This document shows, one piece after another, positions 56,783 through 64,000 of a DNA stretch of 64,000 bases (position 1 is its first letter; each line of letters starts with the position of its first letter). Under the pieces are notes generated by a model. The model saw only the letters and a program-made list of their open reading frames with translations, searched no databases and was not told the DNA's origin. The position numbers were made by a program, and so were the translations under genes. This DNA is from an uncultured Verrucomicrobiota bacterium (lineage in GTDB: Bacteria > Verrucomicrobiota > Kiritimatiellia > CAIKKV01 > CAITUY01). The stretch covers positions 16,453 to 80,452 of the forward strand of contig CAZDUS010000003.1 in the NCBI GenBank assembly GCA_964508705.1, read 5' to 3'.

Positions 56783-57472
56783 ATGGTGTATATGAGCGCA
56801 CGGCGGATGATCAAGGATGGAGATCTGTCGCTGGATAGCTATGCCGACCGGTCGTATGCGTCCATGAAAGCGGCGGAGGGCGCAGGCGGAGTTGTTGAGG
56901 TGGGCGGGCTTGAGCATGTGGCAGGAGTGAGCGGGCCGGTTGTGTTTGTGGGCAATCACATGAGCACGCTGGAGACGTTGTTATTGCCCGGTTTGATCCT
57001 GCCGTTCAAGGAAGTGGCGTTTGTGGTCAAGCAAAGCCTGTTGGATTATCCTGTTTTTGGTAAGATCATGCGCGCGGTGAAGCAGATCGCCGTGGCGCGT
57101 GTGAATCCGAGGGATGATTTAAAAGTGGTGTTGACGCAAGGGGAGGCGATGTTGAAGGCGGGGGTGTCGGTGGTGATTTTCCCGCAGGCCACGCGGTCCG
57201 TTGAGTTTGATGTGGCGGAGTTTAACACGTTGGGGGTCAAGTTGGCCGCGAGGGCGGGGGTCCCCCTGGTGCCGTTGGCGTTGAAGACGGACTTCATGGG
57301 GAACGGGAGAGTTTTCAAGGATCTTGGATATGTGGATCATCGTAAGACTATTCATTTTGAGTTTGGGGCACCGATGGATGTGAAGGGGAATGGGCGCGAG
57401 GCACATGAGGCCGTTGTGGCTTTCATTTCCTCCCGTTTGCGTCAATGGGGCGGATTGGTGAAAGGAGCGTGA
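56783..57472 (+). CDS. plsC: 1-acyl-sn-glycerol-3-phosphate acyltransferase family protein
   Basis: 'VGNHMSTLE' (HX4D/E block) and 'FPQATRS'. The start is uncertain: ATG at 56783 or 56792, while the ORF track begins at 56636. Confidence 0.75.
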   Translation: MVYMSARRMIKDGDLSLDSYADRSYASMKAAEGAGGVVEVGGLEHVAGVSGPVVFVGNHMSTLETLLLPGLILPFKEVAFVVKQSLLDYPVFGKIMRAVKQIAVARVNPRDDLKVVLTQGEAMLKAGVSVVIFPQATRSVEFDVAEFNTLGVKLAARAGVPLVPLALKTDFMGNGRVFKDLGYVDHRKTIHFEFGAPMDVKGNGREAHEAVVAFISSRLRQWGGLVKGA

Positions 57473-57477
57473 GCTAG

Positions 57478-57897
57478 ATGAGTCCGGATTTGCAAATGAG
57501 TGTGTTGTGTGATGACGTTAGGCAGGAGCGAAGCGGCAAGTTTATCTTGATTGGGCTGTTTGACGTGATCGGATTGCCGGTGTATCCGGCGGTCTTTCCG
57601 AGGATATGCATTGTCAACAGGTGGTGTTGCGGGCAAGGAAAGTTCAATGAGCGGACGCGTATTGTGGGAGCGGACGGGACCACGGTGGTGGCAGAGAGCA
57701 AGGATGTTCCCGTGAATCTGCCTGAGGCCGAGGCGACGTGTACCAACGTGCAGATGTTCATCAACCTGCGACTTGAGACGGAGGGGGTCTACTGGGTGGA
57801 GATCCTGTTGGATGGGGATATCAAGCTTCGATATCCGATACGGGCCAACCGGGTGGCCATGCCGCCGCAGGGTGGCGAGCATAAAGCGCAGGGGTGA
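57478..57897 (+). CDS. conserved hypothetical protein (predicted all-beta, function unknown)
   Basis: 139-aa ORF tightly packed between plsC (5-nt gap) and alr (3-nt gap). 'VLCDDVRQERSGKFILIGLFD' N-terminus with no catalytic motif. Confidence 0.55.
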   Translation: MSPDLQMSVLCDDVRQERSGKFILIGLFDVIGLPVYPAVFPRICIVNRWCCGQGKFNERTRIVGADGTTVVAESKDVPVNLPEAEATCTNVQMFINLRLETEGVYWVEILLDGDIKLRYPIRANRVAMPPQGGEHKAQG

Positions 57898-57900
57898 GGA

Positions 57901-59034
57901 TTGTTGATGATGACGCCGCAGTGTAACACATGGACTGAATTGAATTTGAGTGCGCTTGGGGGCAACCTGGCGCTGTTGCGATCCGCTATGGCTGGACGTG
58001 CCGACGTGATCCTTGTGGTCAAGGCGAACGCCTATGGGCATGGCATGGAGGCTGTGGCGACGTATGCCGCGCAGGCAGGGGTCCGGAGGTTCATGGTGGT
58101 CCGGATGGATGAGGCGTTGGCGTTGCGAAAGGTTTTGCCTGAAGGTGAAATCCTGTTGATGGGGGGCGTGTGGCCGCATGATGTGGAGGCCTTGATGGCA
58201 AGCCGGATTATCCCGGTGATGTTGGCGGAGGGCCAGGCTGTTGAGGTGGCGGCTGAAGTGCGGAGGCGTGGTGGGCGGCTGGCGTGTCATATCAAGATTG
58301 ATACCGGCATGGGGCGGCTCGGGGTGCCGTGGGAGGATGCACTGAATGTGGTGCGCCGATTGAGCGAGGCGGGTGGGCTCGATATATGTGGTATATGCAC
58401 TCACTTTGCCTCATCGGGGCAGGCGAGCAAGGGGTTTGATGAATTGCAGATGCGGCGATTCCGGCAGGTTGAGGAAGAGTACAGGGGTATGGGGTTGACG
58501 GGGTTGTTCCGTCATGTCTCCAACAGCTCTTCATTCCTGTCGCATCCGGAATGGGATATGGACGGGGTGCGGATAGGGATTGCGGCGTATGGTTATTGTG
58601 ACGCGTTGGTCGGGGAGCGGATTCGGACAAGGCCGGTATTGCAATGGAAGACCCGCGTGTTGCAGGTGAAGAAGGTGGAAGCGGGGTTCCCTGTGGGGTA
58701 CAGCAGCACGCACATGACTGAACGTCCGACGTGGCTTGCCACTGTGGATATGGGGTATTCGGACGGGTACTCACGACTGATGAGTAACAAGGGGCAGGTG
58801 TTGATCGGTGGGCGGCGGGCGAGGGTTGTCGGGCGTGTGAGCATGAATTTCACCGTGGTGGACGTGGGGGAAGCTGGCGGGGTGAATGAGGGGGACGAGG
58901 TGGTGTTGCTGGGGAGACAGGGTGGAGAGTCGATTTGGGCGGATGAGTTGGCGAAGTGGTGCCAGACGATTCCGTATGAGATTTTGACGAGCATCCGGTT
59001 GCATAGCGGACAAGCGAGATATATATGTCCTTGA
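57901..59034 (+). CDS. alr: alanine racemase
   Basis: PLP-Lys motif 'VVKANAYGHG' and a C-terminal beta domain. Start is TTG at 57901 or ATG at 57907/57910. Confidence 0.92.
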   Translation: MLMMTPQCNTWTELNLSALGGNLALLRSAMAGRADVILVVKANAYGHGMEAVATYAAQAGVRRFMVVRMDEALALRKVLPEGEILLMGGVWPHDVEALMASRIIPVMLAEGQAVEVAAEVRRRGGRLACHIKIDTGMGRLGVPWEDALNVVRRLSEAGGLDICGICTHFASSGQASKGFDELQMRRFRQVEEEYRGMGLTGLFRHVSNSSSFLSHPEWDMDGVRIGIAAYGYCDALVGERIRTRPVLQWKTRVLQVKKVEAGFPVGYSSTHMTERPTWLATVDMGYSDGYSRLMSNKGQVLIGGRRARVVGRVSMNFTVVDVGEAGGVNEGDEVVLLGRQGGESIWADELAKWCQTIPYEILTSIRLHSGQARYICP

Positions 59035-59861
59035 AAGTATGTGTATTGGGTAGCAGTAGCAGTGGCAACTGCACCTATGTGGCTTCAGGAAAGACGGCGA
59101 TTCTGGTTGATGCCGGGTTTAGTGGACGAGAGACGGCGCGTCGGTTGGGGCTGATCGGGGTTGGAGTGGAGGCGATATCAGCCATTTGCGTAACGCACGA
59201 GCATAGTGATCATACGGCGGGGTTGGCCGTGTTGCATCGCGGCGGAAAGGTGGCATTGTTCGCCAACAGCGGTACGATTCAAGGGGTGAAGGCCCGCGGA
59301 GGCGGGGAACGATTGGCGTGGAATGTGTTTTCAACGGGGTCCCCGTTTGAGATTGGTGATCTCCGGGTGGAGCCGTTTTCCGTGCCGCATGACGCGTATG
59401 ATCCGGTGGGATTTATTGTCGGGTGCGAAGGTCGCCGGGTTGGCGTGGTGACGGACATGGGGATGGTGACAGGGTTGATCCGGGAGCGGTTGCGGACGTG
59501 CAACGCGATTGTCATTGAGGCCAATCATGATGAGCTGTTGCTGAAGAATGCGGACCGGCCCTGGCATCTCAAGCAGAGGATATTCAGCCGGCAGGGACAT
59601 TTGAGCAACGAGCATGCGGGGGATGTGCTTGCCGAGGTGGCGGGGCCCCATCTGGAGGCGGTTTTTTTGGCGCATTTGAGTGACCAGTGCAACCGGCCTG
59701 AATTGGCGGTCAGCGCTGTGAAGGATGCGCTCAAGAAAAAAGGGATCAGCCATGTGGCGGTCCACTTGACAGCCAAGGACAAGGTGAGTGAGATATGGGA
59801 TGGATCGGGGGAAGAAGCCGGATGTCTTAGGTCGGATGTCAGGGATGGAGGGTTGGTCTGA
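59025..59861 (+). CDS. MBL-fold metallo-hydrolase (YycJ/PhnP-like)
   Basis: 'THEHSDH' motif. 278 aa. Overlaps the alr end by 10 nt. Confidence 0.85.
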   Translation: MSLKVCVLGSSSSGNCTYVASGKTAILVDAGFSGRETARRLGLIGVGVEAISAICVTHEHSDHTAGLAVLHRGGKVALFANSGTIQGVKARGGGERLAWNVFSTGSPFEIGDLRVEPFSVPHDAYDPVGFIVGCEGRRVGVVTDMGMVTGLIRERLRTCNAIVIEANHDELLLKNADRPWHLKQRIFSRQGHLSNEHAGDVLAEVAGPHLEAVFLAHLSDQCNRPELAVSAVKDALKKKGISHVAVHLTAKDKVSEIWDGSGEEAGCLRSDVRDGGLV

Positions 59862-59863
59862 AG

Positions 59864-61492
59864 TTGGGAAAGGCTCACAAAGTGAAGTTGAGGCGGGATG
59901 CGGCGTGGCACTATCGACTGCATGCGAAAATGAAGGAACCCTTTGTGTTTGTGGACATGAGCGGGGCCATTCAGTTTTTCAATGAGAGTTACCGCAAGAT
60001 GCTGGGGTATACGGCGGATGAACTCAAGGATTTGACCTATAGGGATTTGACTCCGGCGAAATGGCATTCCATTGAGGCCAGGATTGTGCGCAGGCAGATA
60101 TTGCCGCAAGGTGCGTCGGAGGTTTATGAAAAGGAGTATCGCAGGAAAGACGGGACCATTATTCCCGTTGAGTTACGCACGTTCCTGGCGCGAAATGCAG
60201 AGGGCAGGCCGGAAGGCATGTGGGCCATTGTTCGTGATATCACCAAGCGGAAGCAGGAACAGGAGCAGCGCCGCAAGAGCATTGTTGAGTTGCAGGCTGC
60301 AAGTCAACGATTGCAGTTCTATTTCGATCGAATGCCATTGGCCAACATTGTGTGGGATAGCCGCTATGTTATTCGGGAGTGGAATCCTGCGGCTGAGCAG
60401 ATATTCGGGTGGAAGGCCAAGGAGGCCATCGGCAAGAAATCCTTTGAATTATATGTTCCCAAGGATGTGCAACCTGCCGTGATATTGCGGTGGAAGAACA
60501 TGGTGGAGCAGAGGTTTAAGAGCTCCCGGGGGGTGAATGAGAACATCACGCGAGATGGGCGCAAGATTGTATGCGAATGGTTTTTAGCCCCGATTTACGA
60601 CAAGCGAAATGTGGTGGTTGGCGGCATCGCTATGGGGCATGATATTACCAATCGCGTCAGGAACGAAGCCAGGATCAAGATGCTGAATGAGGATCTGGAG
60701 CGTTTGGTGTTGGAGCGCACAGCCGAATTATCGGAATCAATAGCTGATCTCAGGAGCGAGGCCAAGCGCAGGGAACGCGCTGAAAGGGGGTTGCTTTTAC
60801 GGCAACAGCAGTTGGCGAAGCTTGTATCTCAATTGATTGTGGCCGAGGCGAATGAACGGCGAAGGATTGCGGATGGTCTGCACGATGACGTCAGCCAGAT
60901 GTTGGCGGCGGCGAAATTGATGGCGGGGAGTATTGGTGATGAGATGGGGAAGAAGGGGAATGGCCGGGTAGCCGAGCTCAATGGGATATTGGATCAAATC
61001 CTGAAGGCAACCCGGACATTGACGTTTGATCTGGCGTCTCCCGTTTTACATCGGCTTGGGATCAAGGCGGCGCTTGAAGACCTGTGTGACAGGATGAGGG
61101 GAGGGGGTGCGATTGATGTGGTCTTTAATGCGGATCAGCGCGAGATTGAAGTTAATTCGGAAGTGCAGGATTTTCTTTTTCAGGCGGTGAAGGAATTGTT
61201 GCGGAATGTGGAGCGACACGCCAAAGCCAAGCGCGTCAAAGTCCTGTTGGGGTGGATGGAGGGGTGTGTCGAGGTGGTGGTTGTGGACGATGGGATTGGG
61301 CCTGCGGAAATCAAAAAGAGCCAGATCAGTGAGTCAGGCGGATTTGGGCTGTATGCGATCAGGGAACGGGTGGAATATTTGGGAGGGTGGTTGAAGATAG
61401 CGAAAGCCGGGGCGCATGGGTCGCGAATCACCTTAAGGGTTCCCTCGTGCCCGCGGTTGCAGCCGGCAGGGCTTCTAAGGATTGCCCAATAG
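59864..61492 (+). CDS. PAS-domain sensor histidine kinase (HisKA_3 / NarL-partner type)
   Basis: Two PAS modules, a coiled coil, H-box 'RRRIADGLHDDVSQ' and an HATPase ('GFGLYAIRERVEYLGG'). Start may instead be the ATG at 59930. No response regulator is adjacent. Confidence 0.85.
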   Translation: MGKAHKVKLRRDAAWHYRLHAKMKEPFVFVDMSGAIQFFNESYRKMLGYTADELKDLTYRDLTPAKWHSIEARIVRRQILPQGASEVYEKEYRRKDGTIIPVELRTFLARNAEGRPEGMWAIVRDITKRKQEQEQRRKSIVELQAASQRLQFYFDRMPLANIVWDSRYVIREWNPAAEQIFGWKAKEAIGKKSFELYVPKDVQPAVILRWKNMVEQRFKSSRGVNENITRDGRKIVCEWFLAPIYDKRNVVVGGIAMGHDITNRVRNEARIKMLNEDLERLVLERTAELSESIADLRSEAKRRERAERGLLLRQQQLAKLVSQLIVAEANERRRIADGLHDDVSQMLAAAKLMAGSIGDEMGKKGNGRVAELNGILDQILKATRTLTFDLASPVLHRLGIKAALEDLCDRMRGGGAIDVVFNADQREIEVNSEVQDFLFQAVKELLRNVERHAKAKRVKVLLGWMEGCVEVVVVDDGIGPAEIKKSQISESGGFGLYAIRERVEYLGGWLKIAKAGAHGSRITLRVPSCPRLQPAGLLRIAQ

Positions 61493-62797
61493 CCATTTCA
61501 ATAATACGAAATAGCCTGCCGTTAATATGACGATCAACAAGCAGGGTAAGGCCAGGTAGCGGTAAGTGGCCTTGAAGGTGGCGTTGAAATACCGGTTGCT
61601 AACCACATAGCACAAGTGGATGGGGGAGAGCGTCATGCCCAGATGCCCGCTGGCATAGGCCAGGACGATATAGGGGCGCATTGAAGGGTGATCGGGAAGG
61701 GCGGCGATGAGGCTCATGACCAGGGGGAAGCTGACGCCGACGAACCCGAATGCGATTCCTGTGAGCATTCCCGCAATAAAGGGCAACAGGATAACAACGG
61801 ACGTAACGGGAACGTGCATGGCGGTTAGTTCGGACCCGATTTTTGCCGCCGCGTTCACCTCCTGCAACATTTGCTGATAGATCATCACGCTTAAGACCAA
61901 GCCCAGCAGAGGAAGGAGTTCCTTGTTAAGGAGGAGCTGGCGGGTTTGCTGACGGGTGAGGGTGGCGGAAGAGAGTGTGTAGCCCAGGCTGAGTAGCAGG
62001 CCAAGCAGGAGGGGGATGAACTTGGTTGCGAAATTTTCGATGCCTGGCGGGATTGCCTGCTGACTGGTCTTTAATAGGTGAAGCGTCATGGTGACGGCGA
62101 TATTGATGACGGGCCAAATGACCAGAATCAAACCGATCGGGGCAATGGCGTGAAGGAGTTTGCGCAGGGTGCCGAGGGGGGCTGGAGGCAGGGATTTGTG
62201 CAGATCGGGGTGCAGTGAGCGCATGATGATCATTCCGCCTAAAGTCATGAAGATTCCAAGCGGAATTTGGAAGATGGCGAAAGTGAGCAGGTCGCTATTG
62301 GTGAGGCTCATGGCGAGAATGACGCCGGGGTAGAGCGGCCACCAATGTTCCCAGATGTGACGCCACCAGTAATTCATGGCGGAGAGCAAATTGCCATCCG
62401 GTGGGTTTTTGTCGCCTGCGGCCTGACGAACCATGGGCGCGGAGAAAAGAGCGCCGCCCGGCATGGGGAGGAGTCCGATCAGCGCGGGGAGGGCGGCCAG
62501 AGTAATGGCGGGGCGCCGGAAGAAGGAATTCACCAGATCCACGATTTGGGTAAGGCGTCCGGTTTGTCGCATGGCATCCGAGAGGATCAATAGGAAGGTC
62601 ATGGTGAGGAGCAGTCCGATGGAAGTGCTCCTGGTGGCACCCTCAATCGCCACGCGGGCAAGGGAGAGCGGAGTTGTCTTGAAGAACAGGCCGAGTGCGA
62701 TGGCACCGGCGGAGATGGCCAGCCAGAGGGGGGCTTTTAACCGGCTAAGCAGTAGGATAACAGCGAATGATAAAAGTGTTAGCGTCAAGGCTGACAT
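61475..62797 (-). CDS. polytopic membrane transporter-like protein (DUF401 / ArsB-NhaD permease-like)
   Basis: 440 aa with ~10-12 TM helices. Family call is from general resemblance only. Confidence 0.5.
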   Translation of the reverse strand: MSALTLTLLSFAVILLLSRLKAPLWLAISAGAIALGLFFKTTPLSLARVAIEGATRSTSIGLLLTMTFLLILSDAMRQTGRLTQIVDLVNSFFRRPAITLAALPALIGLLPMPGGALFSAPMVRQAAGDKNPPDGNLLSAMNYWWRHIWEHWWPLYPGVILAMSLTNSDLLTFAIFQIPLGIFMTLGGMIIMRSLHPDLHKSLPPAPLGTLRKLLHAIAPIGLILVIWPVINIAVTMTLHLLKTSQQAIPPGIENFATKFIPLLLGLLLSLGYTLSSATLTRQQTRQLLLNKELLPLLGLVLSVMIYQQMLQEVNAAAKIGSELTAMHVPVTSVVILLPFIAGMLTGIAFGFVGVSFPLVMSLIAALPDHPSMRPYIVLAYASGHLGMTLSPIHLCYVVSNRYFNATFKATYRYLALPCLLIVILTAGYFVLLKWLLGNP

Positions 62798-63969
62798 CAG
62801 GTTGGCTCCTCGATTGAGGGAACGACCGGGCTTATGAGTGTGGATGCAATAAAGGCGGCGGCATTTGTCGCGGCGCCGCCTTCCCCGAGGCTGTTCTTCA
62901 CTGATTCGAAACCTTCGAGCATGTCCTGGCGAGCGTGGCCATCCTGAAGCAGGGGGAGGATTGCGGCGGCGAGGTTTTGAGGAGTGGCGTCAGACTGGAT
63001 GAATTCCGGGCACAACCGCTTGTTGGCGATGACGTTGACGATGCCGATATGAGGGACTTGAACGAGATGCTTGCCAAGAAGGTAGGTGAGCGGTGAGGTG
63101 CGGTACACGACGACCGTGGGACACATCAGCAAGGCGGATTCCAAAGTGGCAGTACCGGATGTGACGAGAGCGGCGCGGGCCTGCCGGAGGACCTGTCGGG
63201 TATGGCCTTGGATGACGGCAAGACGGGAGGGTTTATCCGGGAGGGACTCAAGGATGGACCGGACAAGTTGTTCTGACTCCGGAGAAGGGGTGGGGATAAT
63301 GAAAGAGGAGCCAGGTTGTTGTTTTTCGATCAAGGCGGCGGCTCCGCAAAGGCAAGGAAGGATGCGTCGGATTTCCTGGTTGCGGCTGCCGGGAAGGAGC
63401 GCGATTTGAGGAGCCCCATTCCAAGGGAGGTGTTCCAGAGGTTCCGAGAGCGCTTCGCGGATTTCGTCGATTAATGGATGCCCGACGAATTCGACGCGCA
63501 GAGGAGTGTTTTCGAAGACTTTCTTTTCAAACGGGAAGATGGCTAGCAGTAGATCAACGATGGAGGCCATTCGCGGGATTCGGCGGCGGTTCCATGCCCA
63601 GACCTGGGGACAAATGTAATAGATGGTTTTCAGGCCAGCGGCATGGGTGCGTGCGGCCAGTCTCAGGTTGAAGCCGGGGTAATCCACAAGAATCACGGCG
63701 TCGGGACGGCGCTCCAGGGCGACGGAGAGTGTATGGTGGAACGCCTTGCGAAAGAAAGGCAGGCGGCGCAGGACTTCCGTGAAGCCCATCACGGCCATAT
63801 CCTTGATGTCATAAAGCGTTTCGACGCCGAGAGCGCGCAGGCGCTCCCCGCCGATTCCATAAATGCGGGCGGAGGGGAAGTGGACTTTAAGCGCGCGAAC
63901 GAGGCTGGCGGCGTGCATGTCGCCCGAGACTTCACCGGCAATGATCATGATTTCCGGACTTGAGGTCAT
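62797..63969 (-). CDS. lpxB: lipid-A-disaccharide synthase
   Basis: 'IMIIAGEVSGDMHAASL' N-terminus and a GT-B fold pattern. 390 aa. Confidence 0.92.
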   Translation of the reverse strand: MTSSPEIMIIAGEVSGDMHAASLVRALKVHFPSARIYGIGGERLRALGVETLYDIKDMAVMGFTEVLRRLPFFRKAFHHTLSVALERRPDAVILVDYPGFNLRLAARTHAAGLKTIYYICPQVWAWNRRRIPRMASIVDLLLAIFPFEKKVFENTPLRVEFVGHPLIDEIREALSEPLEHLPWNGAPQIALLPGSRNQEIRRILPCLCGAAALIEKQQPGSSFIIPTPSPESEQLVRSILESLPDKPSRLAVIQGHTRQVLRQARAALVTSGTATLESALLMCPTVVVYRTSPLTYLLGKHLVQVPHIGIVNVIANKRLCPEFIQSDATPQNLAAAILPLLQDGHARQDMLEGFESVKNSLGEGGAATNAAAFIASTLISPVVPSIEEPT

Positions 63970-64000
63970 GAGCCGCCTTGACGGATATGCTGGCAGATTT
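63966..64000 (-). CDS. 3' end of an unidentified gene overlapping the lpxB start (ATGA overlap)
   Basis: The frame is open to the window edge and ends ...ICQHIRQGGS* with its TGA overlapping the lpxB ATG. Too short to identify. Confidence 0.3.
   Translation of the reverse strand, partial: ICQHIRQGGS

Noticed and set aside
57442-58404. 320-aa minus-strand ORF antisense to the unknown beta-protein and alr.
   Set aside because: It is a His/Pro/Arg-rich shadow ORF, and alr on the plus strand is unambiguous.

Overview
64-kb chromosomal segment of a moderately GC-rich bacterium. Gene content hints at a PVC/Verrucomicrobia-like organism, but that is inference only. I can support about 55 protein genes and one tRNA-Ser(GGA). 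There is no rRNA and no CRISPR array. Most of the window is housekeeping: recN (partial), thrC, nadE, a nitrogen-assimilation block (sigma-54 activator, type III glutamine synthetase, gltBD), hisA, a Mur ligase, rpsU, comEC, thiD, argG-argD-argB-argJ, plsC, alr and lpxB. Unusual content: (1) An encapsulin cassette (EncFtn cargo plus family 1 shell) whose shell gene is translationally coupled to an ExeA/GspA-type AAA+ ATPase. It lies between a stand-alone GspK/L/M-like trio and a lytic transglycosylase. This is my best candidate for an undescribed association. (2) A divergent thymidylate-synthase-like gene and a CoaB-HD fusion, co-transcribed with a sigma-54 activator. The activator's N-terminal LMW-phosphatase/ArsC-like domain has lost its catalytic cysteines. 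It sits directly upstream of a -24/-12 promoter with two phased palindromes in front of glnN. (3) A compositionally patchy region at 31.6-34.7 kb holding a truncated IS110-family recombinase that keeps a structured 5' leader. (4) A cytoplasmic GH3 / GH2-like / sialate-O-acetylesterase cluster. (5) A small AT-rich islet with a ParD/ParE-like pair whose toxin looks decayed. (6) Several intergenic repeat and hairpin families: a four-hairpin array in the argD-argG spacer, a heptamer repeat plus C8 tract at the thiD start, and a recurring TTCTGAAT/ATTCAGAA word. All functional calls rest on motif recognition by eye. No database search was run.
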